DNA of 64,000 nt from Parcubacteria group bacterium LiPW_41 (GCA_007375535.1 VMEM01000003.1:32811-96810); one strand, 5' to 3'; shown: positions 1 through 9,826, numbered from the stretch's first letter. Program-made: numbers and translations. Notes: generated from the sequence alone by a model not told the origin.

Positions 1-2
1 GG

Positions 3-1040
3 AAGTTGGTTTCTGGGGGAGTTGTTATTGGCACAAAGAAAGGTAATTTGTGTCCGGTATCTATGACGATCAAAGAAGGAACACATCCATACCCTTCAGA
101 AACAAATATTAGCGTGACAAATGAAATGTTGGAGTCGTTACATGGACTTACCAATCGTGATCTCGTGATCGCTCTTATTTCTGGTGGTGGCTCAACATTA
201 TTGTGTAATCCGAAGAATATGACATGTGAGAACGAGAAAGATATCGTTCAAAAAATGTTCAAGGGTGGCGCAACTATTGAAGAGTTGAATACGATTCGGA
301 AGCATATTTCGGGTGCGCGTGGAGGAATGCTTGCGTTTCACGCATATCCTGCACGAGTGGTGTCATTCATTTTTTCAGATGTTCCTGGGAATGACATAAG
401 TATGGTTGCATCTGGTCCCACTGTAATGGACACAACCACAGTTAGTGATGCAAAAAAAATTGTAGATAAATATGGGCTTTCTAGTTTTTTTCCTGAGGGG
501 TCACTAATAGAAACAGTAAAAGATGAAAAATATTTTGAACGTGTGAGTAATCAAATTATTGTTTCCAATGATAAAGCGCTCGATGCCATGAAAGATGTTG
601 CAGAGCGTCTTGGATTTTCTACGGAAGTAGTTACGAATACGTTGCGTGGAGAAGCAAAGGAGATAGGAAAAAAAATTGTTGAAATGGTAACGATAGCTCC
701 ACCACATTCTGTTTATTTTTTAGGTGGAGAGCCAACGGTAACAGTGAGTCATGAGGGGAAGGGGGGACGCGAATTAGAACTTGTCCTTTCTGCTGTTTCA
801 CACATAAAAGATGATGCAATTATTGTTGGTTTTGCTTCAGATGGGCGCGACAATTGTGATTTTGCCGGTGCAATCTGTGATATAATGACTGCACAGAATG
901 CAAAGGAAAAGAAGATTGATCCTGATCAATATTTGAGAGAGAATGCCTCCTACAAGTTTTTTGAAACTGTGGGAGATTTTATTATGACCGGAGAAACTGG
1001 AGAAAATGTCTCGGATCTTATCTTTGCAATAAAAAAATAA
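3..1040 (+). CDS. Glycerate 2-kinase type (GckA/TtuD; DUF4147 + MOFRL), 5'-partial
   Basis: Motifs HPYP, LISGGGS, ELNTIRKHIS, SDVPG..ASGPT, GGEPTV, DGRD, TGETGENVSD; frame is open at the window start. Confidence 0.9.
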   Translation, partial: KLVSGGVVIGTKKGNLCPVSMTIKEGTHPYPSETNISVTNEMLESLHGLTNRDLVIALISGGGSTLLCNPKNMTCENEKDIVQKMFKGGATIEELNTIRKHISGARGGMLAFHAYPARVVSFIFSDVPGNDISMVASGPTVMDTTTVSDAKKIVDKYGLSSFFPEGSLIETVKDEKYFERVSNQIIVSNDKALDAMKDVAERLGFSTEVVTNTLRGEAKEIGKKIVEMVTIAPPHSVYFLGGEPTVTVSHEGKGGRELELVLSAVSHIKDDAIIVGFASDGRDNCDFAGAICDIMTAQNAKEKKIDPDQYLRENASYKFFETVGDFIMTGETGENVSDLIFAIKK

Positions 1041-1050
1041 TTAATTATAT

Positions 1051-3498
1051 ATGTCTAACAAATTTATCGCATGGTTTGAAGAGGTGGGGATTAAAGATGT
1101 CCCAAGCGTTGGGGGAAAGAATGCTGCGTTGGGGGAAATGTATTCAAACCTTGTTCCGAGGGGAGTACGAATTCCTGATGGATTTGCGATTACTGCAGAG
1201 GGATACAGGCATTTTGTGAGAGAAACTGGGATTGATACAAAGATTGCGGAAATTCTTAAACCATTAGATACCAAGAATATTAAGCAGCTTCAAATGTGTG
1301 GAAAAACCATTCGGGAACTTGTGGTAAAAACTGAATTTCCTACTGACCTTCGAGATGCAATTATCAGTGCGTATGCAAAGATGCAAGAAAAATATGGAAA
1401 AAATACTGACGTTGCAGTGCGATCTTCTGCAACCGCTGAAGACCTTCCTGGAGCATCATTTGCAGGACAACAAGAGACATTTTTAAATGTTCGCGGTGAA
1501 CAGGAGGTTTTGCATTATGCAAGAAAATGTATTGCATCATTGTTTACTGATCGAGCAATTTCATATCGAGTTGATAAAGGATTTGAGCATACTGATGTAG
1601 CACTTTCTGTTGGTATTCAACGAATGGTGCGCTCGGATATTTCTTCTTCTGGTGTTGCATTTACCATTGATACCGAAACTGGATTTGATAAGGTCATTGT
1701 CATTAATGGTATTTATGGGCTTGGAGAATTTATTGTTCAAGGAATGGTAATTCCTGATGAGTTTATTGTATTCAAACCAACTCTTGAAAAAGGACATCGT
1801 GCAATTATTGCAAGAGATTTAGGAAAGAAACATATCAAATTGGTTTATGGAATGCATGGAACAAAACAAAAATCAGTTTCTTGGAAAGACGAACAGAAAT
1901 TTTCTCTTACTGATGACGAGGTGCTCCAGCTTGCACAGTGGTGTTTAGAAATTGAAAAATATTTTTCGGAAACTCATGGGAAATATCAACCAATGGATAT
2001 TGAGTGGGCAAAAGATGGAAACACAGGAGAGTTGTTTATTGTTCAAGCACGACCAGAAACAGTTCACTCATCTCAAGATAAATCGGTATATAAAGAATAT
2101 CGCTTGAATAAAAAAGGAGACATTCGAGTGAAAGGAATCGCAGTTGGGTCAAAAATTGCAAGTGGTGGTGTGAGAATTTTGAAGAGTGCGAGTCAACTTT
2201 CAGATTTCCAAAAAGGCGAGGTGCTTGTGACAGAAATCACTGATCCAGATTGGGAACCGATTATGAAAATTGCTTCTGCAATTGTTACAAACAAAGGAGG
2301 GAGAACATCTCATGCTGCGATTGTGTCTCGAGAACTTGGAATTCCTTGTATTGTGGGAACAAATAACGCGACAAAAGTATTAAAAAATAAAGAGGTGGTC
2401 ACTATCGATTGTTCTTCTGGAAATGAAGGAATTGTGTATGGCGGTGAACTACCATTTGAAATTATTGAGCACAAACTTGGAGAGGTTCCGAAAACAAAAA
2501 CGAAAATTATGGTGAACATTGGTGCGCCCGATGAGGCATTCAAAAGCCACTTTCTTCCGGTGCGCGGTGTTGGACTCGGACGTCTTGAATTTATTATTGC
2601 GTCACATATAAAGATTCATCCAAATGCACTTATTAACTATCAAAGTTTAAAGAAGGGGAGTAAAACTCGAGATACACGAAAACTTTTGAAATTAATAGAG
2701 GAAATGACAGTTGGGTATGAAGATAAGGCTGAATACTATACCAGTGAGCTTGCTGAAGGAATCGCAAAGATTGGAGCAGCATTCTATCCAAATGATGTTA
2801 TTATCCGTTTTTCTGACTTCAAAACGAATGAGTATTCAAAACTTGTAGGTGGATCGCTTTATGAACCACAAGAAGAGAATCCAATGTTGGGATGGCGAGG
2901 GGCATCACGATACTATGATCCAAAATTTGTTGATGCATTTGGGCTAGAATGTGAGGCGATGCGACGAGTGCGAGAAGATATGGGATTGCAAAATGTTATT
3001 CCAATGATCCCATTTTGTAGAACGCCGGAAGAAGGAAGAAAAGTTGTTTCTATTATGGCAGAGCATGGACTTGATAGAGCAAAAGATAAGAAGCTTAAGA
3101 TTTATGTGATGTGTGAGATTCCTTCAAATATTCTTCTTGCTGATGAGTTTCTCGATGTCTTTGATGGAATGTCGATTGGCTCAAACGATCTTACACAACT
3201 TACTCTTGGACTTGATAGAGACTCTGGGATTGTGACTCATGTTGCAAATGAAAATAATGCATCAGTAAAAAAACTTATTGCACAAATCATTGAGAAGTGT
3301 AGAGCACAAAAGAAATATATCGGAATTTGTGGGCAGGCTCCATCCGATTATCCAGAGTTTGCTGAATTTCTTGTTGAGGAGGGAATTGAGAGTATGTCAT
3401 TAAGCCCAGACTCAGTTATGAAGATGATAGGGGTGGTTCAGAAGAAAGAAAAGGAGGTGGCGAGTACAAGGAGAAAAGCGCAGCTTCCACAGAAATAA
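1051..3498 (+). CDS. ppsA: Phosphoenolpyruvate synthase (pyruvate, water dikinase)
   Basis: VGGKNA, VAVRSSATAEDLPGASFAGQQET, GGRTSHAAIVSRE (phospho-His), EENPMLGWRGASRY, SIGSNDLTQ. Confidence 0.97.
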   Translation: MSNKFIAWFEEVGIKDVPSVGGKNAALGEMYSNLVPRGVRIPDGFAITAEGYRHFVRETGIDTKIAEILKPLDTKNIKQLQMCGKTIRELVVKTEFPTDLRDAIISAYAKMQEKYGKNTDVAVRSSATAEDLPGASFAGQQETFLNVRGEQEVLHYARKCIASLFTDRAISYRVDKGFEHTDVALSVGIQRMVRSDISSSGVAFTIDTETGFDKVIVINGIYGLGEFIVQGMVIPDEFIVFKPTLEKGHRAIIARDLGKKHIKLVYGMHGTKQKSVSWKDEQKFSLTDDEVLQLAQWCLEIEKYFSETHGKYQPMDIEWAKDGNTGELFIVQARPETVHSSQDKSVYKEYRLNKKGDIRVKGIAVGSKIASGGVRILKSASQLSDFQKGEVLVTEITDPDWEPIMKIASAIVTNKGGRTSHAAIVSRELGIPCIVGTNNATKVLKNKEVVTIDCSSGNEGIVYGGELPFEIIEHKLGEVPKTKTKIMVNIGAPDEAFKSHFLPVRGVGLGRLEFIIASHIKIHPNALINYQSLKKGSKTRDTRKLLKLIEEMTVGYEDKAEYYTSELAEGIAKIGAAFYPNDVIIRFSDFKTNEYSKLVGGSLYEPQEENPMLGWRGASRYYDPKFVDAFGLECEAMRRVREDMGLQNVIPMIPFCRTPEEGRKVVSIMAEHGLDRAKDKKLKIYVMCEIPSNILLADEFLDVFDGMSIGSNDLTQLTLGLDRDSGIVTHVANENNASVKKLIAQIIEKCRAQKKYIGICGQAPSDYPEFAEFLVEEGIESMSLSPDSVMKMIGVVQKKEKEVASTRRKAQLPQK

Positions 3499-3507
3499 TC
3501 AATAAAC

Positions 3508-3532
3508 AAAACCCGCAGTAAAAGCGGGTTTT
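3508..3532 (+). terminator. Intrinsic terminator after ppsA
   Basis: AAAACCCGC-agtaaaa-GCGGGTTTT followed by T. Confidence 0.75.
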
Positions 3533-3555
3533 TGTGTTACAATGGGTATATAAAC

Positions 3556-4578
3556 ATGGATGTACAAAATCAACCAAAAATTGGTTTCTTTGAACTTGAG
3601 GGGTGGGAGGAAAAACTTATTCGTGCAGAAATAATAAATGCAGAATGTCGTTTTTCAAATGATAAAATTGAAGAAGGAAAAATTCCCGCACAAACAGATT
3701 TTGATGCGATTTGTATTTTTGTTGACTCGGTAATTAATGAAAAGACGTTAGAATATTTTCCAAAACTTAAATTTATTGCAACCCGTTCAACGGGATATGA
3801 CCATATTGATTTAGCGGCCTGTAAAAAGAAGGGGATTGTTGTTACTAATGTTCCTGGGTATGGAGATAATACTGTTGCGGAGTTTGCGTTTGGGTTACTT
3901 CTTACTATGACAAGAAAGATTTATGATGCAATTGATCAGGTGAAAGAAACTGAATCGTTGTCTCATCTTCGTTTGCGTGGAATTGATTTAAATAATAGAA
4001 CAATTCTTGTTATTGGTACGGGAAGAATTGGAACACATGCAATAATGATTGCAAAGGGATTTTCAATGAATGTAATTGCGTTTGATCCAAAACCAAAACC
4101 AGAACTTGCGACAAAACTTGGATTTCAATATGTTTCTCTTGAGGATGGTTTGCGACAAGCAGATATTGTAACTATCCATTGTCCATTGAACGATCAAACA
4201 AAACATCTTCTGAACACTGAGACGATGCGATATGTAAAAAGGGGTGTTTATTTAGTGAATACTGCCCGAGGGGGAATTATTGAAACATTTGCATTGATTG
4301 AGGCGCTCCTTGAGGGAAGGATTGCGGGTGCCGCACTTGATGTATTAGAAGACGAGGAGCAGGTGAAGGATGAGGTTCAGTTCTTTAGTAAAAAAGGAGC
4401 AAAGGCAGAGGATTTACGATTAGTGCTTGCAAACCACAAACTAATGAGTATGCCGAATGTATTTATCACCCCACATACTGCATTTAACACGCAGGAAGCA
4501 TTGGAGAGAATATTAAAAACAACTCTTGAAAATATTCGTGGGTATATGAGTGGAAATCTAGTCCATATTGTTTCATAA
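3556..4578 (+). CDS. D-isomer-specific 2-hydroxyacid dehydrogenase (D-lactate dehydrogenase-like)
   Basis: RSTGYDHID, VIGTGRIG Rossmann motif, NTARGG, ALDVLE, TPHTAF; ATG 3556 preferred over TTG 3532. Confidence 0.88.
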   Translation: MDVQNQPKIGFFELEGWEEKLIRAEIINAECRFSNDKIEEGKIPAQTDFDAICIFVDSVINEKTLEYFPKLKFIATRSTGYDHIDLAACKKKGIVVTNVPGYGDNTVAEFAFGLLLTMTRKIYDAIDQVKETESLSHLRLRGIDLNNRTILVIGTGRIGTHAIMIAKGFSMNVIAFDPKPKPELATKLGFQYVSLEDGLRQADIVTIHCPLNDQTKHLLNTETMRYVKRGVYLVNTARGGIIETFALIEALLEGRIAGAALDVLEDEEQVKDEVQFFSKKGAKAEDLRLVLANHKLMSMPNVFITPHTAFNTQEALERILKTTLENIRGYMSGNLVHIVS

Positions 4579-4585
4579 TCTTTGT

Positions 4586-5260
4586 ATGTTTTCTTTTCTT
4601 TTAGAGGTATCAAAATATATACTTCCAGTAATACTTGTGGCTGTTTTTTTGGTTGCGTGTGCGCGGTATATATTTAAGTTTTCTTTTTTTAATACAAAAA
4701 GCGGATTGTTTTTTTCTTTTAGGAATTTAGCAATTATTGCTGTAGTAGGAAAAATATTTAATGCGGGATTGTTAACGTACTTGCAATATTCTGTGTGGAA
4801 GCAGAGCGGTGCGGTAGGTGAGGTATTTCTCAATTCCCCAATATCGAAAGATCTTCCTTTTTCTGCTGCGAAAAACTTTGAATGGTTATTGAATAATAAA
4901 TTTGGATATTTTCTTTTTTATTCATGGGGCAGATTTTGGTTGTCTGTGTTGATATCTCTATTGGTTGCGTATGTTTTTTATCTTTTATTGCGTGCTTTAA
5001 AGCTTAAAACCGAGCGTTTTTTTGAAGAGGGAGAGACCGAGTTGGGTTTTTTGTGTGCTCTCGTTGTTGGGTGGCCTGGATTTGTATTGTTTGTTCCATT
5101 TGTTTTTTTGAGTGTTGTGTTCATTTCAATTGTAAAACTATTATTTTTTAAAGAAAAATACACCACACTCGGTGCGCCATTCATACTTGCGACCGTTATA
5201 ACATCCATTTTTGGTAATTACCTTATTTTCTTGTTTGGATTGGGAGTTCTTAAGGTGTAG
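4586..5260 (+). CDS. Polytopic membrane protein; C-terminus resembles the prepilin peptidase A24 fold but no catalytic Asp is visible
   Basis: Several hydrophobic segments; GETELGFLCALVVGWP and LGAPFI resemble the A24 GDxKL...GW...PFI pattern. Confidence 0.55.
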   Translation: MFSFLLEVSKYILPVILVAVFLVACARYIFKFSFFNTKSGLFFSFRNLAIIAVVGKIFNAGLLTYLQYSVWKQSGAVGEVFLNSPISKDLPFSAAKNFEWLLNNKFGYFLFYSWGRFWLSVLISLLVAYVFYLLLRALKLKTERFFEEGETELGFLCALVVGWPGFVLFVPFVFLSVVFISIVKLLFFKEKYTTLGAPFILATVITSIFGNYLIFLFGLGVLKV

Positions 5261-5271
5261 AATTAGGGTAT

Positions 5272-6225
5272 ATGGAAATACAGAATATTGAACATCCAAA
5301 AGCTTCTCCGAAGGATGTTTTTTTGCATCTTGGATCTATTGTTGCACTTTATGGAAGTGCGATAGCGTTTTTGATTCTTACGTTCAATCTCTTTGATATG
5401 TGGATGCCTGATGTTGCTGAGTATTATAGCGCTCGAGGATCTGCGTCGTTAATCAGGGGGGCAATTGCTGCACTTATTGTTTTTTTCCCAATGTATATTG
5501 TTTCATTAAAAATGCTTCATAAAGCATACACAGAGGATGAGACACGAAAAAAGGTTTGGATACGAAAGTGGTTGCTCTATTTCACACTATTTGTGACAAC
5601 ATTCGTTATTGCGGGAGATCTTATTTCACTCATATATAATTTTTTAAATGGAGAGTTCACGGTGAGGTTTATTCTTAAAGTGTTGGTAGTGTTTTTTGTT
5701 GCTGTGTCTATCTTCTGGTATTATCGACGTGAGTTGAAAGACTTAATTGATAAAACTACTTTTTATGTAGGTATTGGTATTTCATCAATTATTCTAATAA
5801 GTATTGTTATTGGATTTATGTTTGCGGGCTCTCCAATGAAAGAAAGAACGCGGAAGCTTGATGAGCAGCGAATTTCTCATCTTTCAACACTTCAGATGAA
5901 TATTGTTGAGTATTGGCAAAACAAGGGAAAACTTCCTGAAAATCTTTCTGTATTGAGAGATGATTTGAGAAATATCTCCATTCCTCAAGATCCTGAAACG
6001 AGAACTGAATATGGATATGGAATAAAGGGAGAAGACACATTTATATTGTGTGCGGTGTTTGGAGGAGATAAAGAAAAGGAGAATGGAGTTTCCTATGATG
6101 ATTATTATTTTGGTATTAGGGGTGATCATTCCTGGAATTATAAGGCTGGAAAATCTTGCTTTGAAAGAACAATAGATGCTGATTTCTTTAACCAAAAGAA
6201 TGGCGTCAAAGCACTTCCTCAGTAA
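5272..6225 (+). CDS. DUF5671-like membrane protein
   Basis: PKDVFLHL, RKWLLYFTLF, GDLI..FLNGE, GSP..R..D..R, DPET..Y.Y pattern typical of this CPR family. Confidence 0.7.
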   Translation: MEIQNIEHPKASPKDVFLHLGSIVALYGSAIAFLILTFNLFDMWMPDVAEYYSARGSASLIRGAIAALIVFFPMYIVSLKMLHKAYTEDETRKKVWIRKWLLYFTLFVTTFVIAGDLISLIYNFLNGEFTVRFILKVLVVFFVAVSIFWYYRRELKDLIDKTTFYVGIGISSIILISIVIGFMFAGSPMKERTRKLDEQRISHLSTLQMNIVEYWQNKGKLPENLSVLRDDLRNISIPQDPETRTEYGYGIKGEDTFILCAVFGGDKEKENGVSYDDYYFGIRGDHSWNYKAGKSCFERTIDADFFNQKNGVKALPQ

Positions 6226-6449
6226 TGAAAATAATCGTAAGGGTTGAACCACAAGCAAGGGAAAGAAAGGTTGAGAAGATTGGAGAGCGGTGTTTTAGGG
6301 TACGCACAACTAAACCAGCAAAAGAGGGAAAAGCAAATTCGGATGTTATTGAATTACTTTCGGATTATTTAGGTGTTTCAAAGTCAAATATTGAGATTAT
6401 TTCAGGTCATCGTGCTAAAGAAAAAATTATGATGATTGATGGGTTATGA
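6225..6449 (+). CDS. DUF167/YggU family protein
   Basis: V.P.A, PAKEGKAN, I.SG...K motifs; 74 aa. Confidence 0.85.
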   Translation: MKIIVRVEPQARERKVEKIGERCFRVRTTKPAKEGKANSDVIELLSDYLGVSKSNIEIISGHRAKEKIMMIDGL

Positions 6450-6871
6450 AAAAGATAGTTGTTACAATTGTTTTCGCAGTGACAATCTTGTGTGTTTATT
6501 TTTTGGTTCAAGGTATAAAAAAAGAGGAAGCACAATATGGCAATACCAAACTTCCTGAAATTATTGTTGATTCTCCGAGATCGGGATCGGTAATTCAATC
6601 TCCACTTATGATTCGTGGAAAAGTAAAGGGTAGTTGGTTTTTTGAGGCAGTATTTCCGATTGTCCTAAAAGACAATGAGGGAAAAGAAATTACTTCTTCT
6701 CACGCACGAGCAGAAGGAGAGTGGATGACTGAAGGATATGTGCCTTTTTCTGCCGAACTTCTTTATCCTACGCAGAAGAGAGGAGAGGCTGGTTTTCTTG
6801 TCTTTAAGAGAGACAATCCATCAGGTTTGCCTGAAAATGATGCATCAGTTAGTATTCCAGTTATCTTCTAA
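6446..6871 (+). CDS. Gmad2 Ig-like domain exported protein
   Basis: N-terminal TM helix; SPL.I.G...GSWFFEA.FP, WMT..VPF, DNPSGLPEND. Confidence 0.75.
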   Translation: MKKIVVTIVFAVTILCVYFLVQGIKKEEAQYGNTKLPEIIVDSPRSGSVIQSPLMIRGKVKGSWFFEAVFPIVLKDNEGKEITSSHARAEGEWMTEGYVPFSAELLYPTQKRGEAGFLVFKRDNPSGLPENDASVSIPVIF

Positions 6872-6880
6872 TCCAAGATT

Positions 6881-6926
6881 TCAATCTGTTGAGGTCCGAC
6901 CTCAACAGATTGAGACCTCAACGGAT
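6881..6926. repeat. Perfect 16-bp palindrome (REP-like) plus a partial extra copy upstream of uvrB
   Basis: TCAATCTGTTGAGGTC (6881-6896), C, GACCTCAACAGATTGA (6898-6913); then GACCTCAACGGAT (6914-6926). Confidence 0.85.
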
Positions 6927-6937
6927 AAAAAAAACAT

Positions 6938-9019
6938 ATGGGGAAATTATTTGAATTAATTAGTGAAAACAAGCCAGCGGGTGACCAACCGAAAGCGATT
7001 GAGTCGCTTGTTTCTGGTTTAAAAAATGGAATGCATTCGCAGACTCTCTTGGGTGTCACTGGTTCTGGAAAAACATTTACGATTGCAAATGTGGTCGCAG
7101 AACTCGATACTCCAACACTAGTAATCGCTCACAACAAGACATTGGCGGCGCAGTTGTGCAACGAGCTTCGCGAATTGTTTCCCAATAACTCGGTGCATTA
7201 TTTTGTTTCATATTACGACTACTATCAACCCGAAGCATATATTCCAACCTCTGATACATATATAGATAAGGAAGCAATGATAAATGAAGAGATTGATAAG
7301 CTTCGTCATGCAGCAACAACTTCACTTCTCACTCGACGTGATGTGATTGTGGTTGCAAGTGTTTCGTGTATTTATGGACTTGGAACTCCAGAAATTTATA
7401 AAAAAAATATTTTCCACTTTAAAGAAGGAGATTCTGTAGATCGCGCAACACTTATCAAGCAGCTTATCGGATTGCAGTTTTCTCGCACCAACTCTGACTT
7501 AAAAAGAGGAACGTTTCGTGTGAGAGGTGATCAGTGGGAGATAATGCCAACAGACAAGGAAATTATTTTTTCGTTTGAGCTTGAAGACGGAATAATTAAG
7601 AAAATTTATGAAATTAATCCAGTAGAAGGATTTGTTCGCGGAAAAACAAAAGAACTAAAGGCGGTGTTCATTCCTCCTGCAAAACATTTTATTACAAAAA
7701 AAGAGGTTCGGGATAATGCGATAAAGGAAATAAAAAAAGAGCTAAAGCAACAACTTGCGAAGTTTGAGAAGGAGGGGAAATTACTTGAGGCAGAACGTCT
7801 TGAGAGAAGGACTAAATTTGATTGTGCGATGATTGAGGAGATTGGGTATTGCAATGGAATCGAAAACTATTCCCGTCATCTTTCTGGAAGGAATGCTGGC
7901 GAACCACCTGATACATTACTTGATTACTTCCCAAAGAAAAAAGATGGAAGCGCAGATTTCATTACAGTAATTGATGAATCCCACGTGACTGTTCCACAAC
8001 TTGGAGGAATGTATGCGGGAGATGCGGCTCGCAAAAAAACACTCATTGAATTTGGATTTCGACTTCCTTCTGCAGCAGATAATAGACCTTTGAATTTTAA
8101 AGAGTTTGAAACACGTGTTGGAAATACCATTTATGTTTCTGCAACTCCTGCAGAATTTGAGAAAAAGAAATCAAAAACAGAAGGTCAGATTGTTGAACAG
8201 ATTATCCGTCCTACAGGGCTCATTGATCCAAAAGTTACTATTTGTGGAGTTCGTGGGCAGGTTCAGGATTTAATTGGAAGAATTGAAGCACGAGAAAAAC
8301 TTCCTGATGGAACAAATCCACGTGTGCTGGTTACGACACTTACAAAACGGATGGCAGAAGACCTTTCGCAGTTTCTTGAGGAAAAAAATATAAAAGTTAC
8401 TTATTTACATAGTGATGTAAAGACTCTTGATAGAATAAAAATTCTTACGAAATTGCGAAGAGGGGAGATTGATGTACTTGTGGGAGTGAACCTTTTGCGT
8501 GAGGGACTTGATTTGCCAGAAGTAGAACTTGTTGCAATTTTAGACGCAGACAAAGAAGGATTTTTGAGAAGTGAGACTTCGCTTATTCAAACTATTGGAC
8601 GCGCTGCAAGAAATGTTCGTGGTGAAGTGGTGATGTATGCCGATTCAATTACTGGTTCGCTTGAACGTGCAATTCGGGAAACGGAGCGAAGAAGAAAAAT
8701 TCAACTTGCATATAATAAAGAACACAATATCACCCCAAAAACCATAATCAAAGAAATCAAAGATATTCTTCCGACTGGTGAGATTGCAGCAATTGAATTA
8801 AGTGTTGCGCCAAAAACAAAGAGGGGGATAGAGGAATTGTTGAAAGAGAAGGAGAAAGAAATGAGGGAAGCCGCAGAAGAATTAAATTTTGAGTTGGCCA
8901 CGCTTTTAAGAGATGAGATAAAAGAGCTTTCAAAACATCTTTCAGAAAATAAGAAGAAGGCAGTTAAAGTTGGAAAAGAGAAAAAAGAAAAGGCTCGAAA
9001 ACATTTTTCAGATAAATAA
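6938..9019 (+). CDS. uvrB: Excinuclease ABC subunit B
   Basis: PAGDQP, GVTGSGKT, YYDYYQPEAY, DESH, GVNLLREGLDLPEV, C-terminal UVR domain. Confidence 0.98.
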   Translation: MGKLFELISENKPAGDQPKAIESLVSGLKNGMHSQTLLGVTGSGKTFTIANVVAELDTPTLVIAHNKTLAAQLCNELRELFPNNSVHYFVSYYDYYQPEAYIPTSDTYIDKEAMINEEIDKLRHAATTSLLTRRDVIVVASVSCIYGLGTPEIYKKNIFHFKEGDSVDRATLIKQLIGLQFSRTNSDLKRGTFRVRGDQWEIMPTDKEIIFSFELEDGIIKKIYEINPVEGFVRGKTKELKAVFIPPAKHFITKKEVRDNAIKEIKKELKQQLAKFEKEGKLLEAERLERRTKFDCAMIEEIGYCNGIENYSRHLSGRNAGEPPDTLLDYFPKKKDGSADFITVIDESHVTVPQLGGMYAGDAARKKTLIEFGFRLPSAADNRPLNFKEFETRVGNTIYVSATPAEFEKKKSKTEGQIVEQIIRPTGLIDPKVTICGVRGQVQDLIGRIEAREKLPDGTNPRVLVTTLTKRMAEDLSQFLEEKNIKVTYLHSDVKTLDRIKILTKLRRGEIDVLVGVNLLREGLDLPEVELVAILDADKEGFLRSETSLIQTIGRAARNVRGEVVMYADSITGSLERAIRETERRRKIQLAYNKEHNITPKTIIKEIKDILPTGEIAAIELSVAPKTKRGIEELLKEKEKEMREAAEELNFELATLLRDEIKELSKHLSENKKKAVKVGKEKKEKARKHFSDK

Positions 9020-9034
9020 TTTGGGTAAAAAATG

Positions 9035-9057
9035 CCCCGCATAACGCGGGGTCTTTT
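9035..9057. terminator. Terminator hairpin between convergent uvrB and ORF 9061-9720
   Basis: CCCCGC-ataac-GCGGGG with flanking A and T tracts. Confidence 0.7.
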
Positions 9058-9060
9058 AAT

Positions 9061-9720
9061 TTAATTAACAGTAATTCTCGCTCCAATGACAGCAATTTTT
9101 TCCTGCATGTAATAGGTACCATACAAATAAATTGCTTTATATGTTTCCTTTTCCGCAATTGAAATTTTGAATTCTCCATGGGCTCCAAAGCCCATATCAG
9201 ACTCAAATCTTCCTCCAACGGCAACAAGATCCAATAATGGAAAAAGTCCACGGACATCAATGTATGGGTCGGTATCAAATTGACCCTTTTCTATTCGATA
9301 ATAAATAAATACTTGTTTTTGTAAATAATAATTATCTTTCGTTACGTATCCGAGGAATCCTTCAACTCCAACGATCCAGCCGAGATCCTTGTTTCTTGGA
9401 TTCTCTCTTCTTTGAAGTCCCACCAGCGGTGCTATTTCAAAGAAACGTGTTGAATATGAGACACCAAGAAATCCGGCTTCTGATGGGCTTTTTTCTGGGT
9501 GAGAAACTGAAACTTCTCTCGACCTAGAAGATCTCCAAGAGCCAACAAGAGTTATTTGTTCGGAGATGCCGAAGCGTGTATATAGTCCCCAGGTTGACCA
9601 CTTTTCGGGTGTCGTACCGAATGGGGTGCCACACACATCGCCAGTTATGGCAACTTGTCCAAATGCAGTTGGTGCGATGAGTAAAAGAATTAGAAAAGCG
9701 ATTATTTTTGGCGCTTTCAT
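9061..9720 (-). CDS. Exported hypothetical protein, beta-strand rich (possible beta-barrel)
   Basis: Signal peptide ending AFG-Q; alternating polar/hydrophobic strands with G/Y; own promoter and AGGAG SD. Confidence 0.7.
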   Translation of the reverse strand: MKAPKIIAFLILLLIAPTAFGQVAITGDVCGTPFGTTPEKWSTWGLYTRFGISEQITLVGSWRSSRSREVSVSHPEKSPSEAGFLGVSYSTRFFEIAPLVGLQRRENPRNKDLGWIVGVEGFLGYVTKDNYYLQKQVFIYYRIEKGQFDTDPYIDVRGLFPLLDLVAVGGRFESDMGFGAHGEFKISIAEKETYKAIYLYGTYYMQEKIAVIGARITVN

Positions 9721-9762
9721 CTGTTTTTCTCCTATTTATTATTAGTAAAGAATTGTAACTAT

Positions 9763-9790
9763 ATTATACACAAATTTATAGAAATGTCAA
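9763..9790 (-). promoter_or_regulatory. Sigma70-type promoter for ORF 9061-9720
   Basis: Minus strand TTGACA-16 nt-TATAAT with TG extension. Confidence 0.75.
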
Positions 9791-9799
9791 TATAAAAAA

Positions 9800-9819
9800 T
9801 ACTCCGCATTAGCGGAGTA
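9800..9819 (-). terminator. Terminator after ORF 9827-10237
   Basis: TACTCCGC-atta-GCGGAGTA with an A tract on + (T tract on -). Confidence 0.7.
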
Positions 9820-9826
9820 GTGTTTA

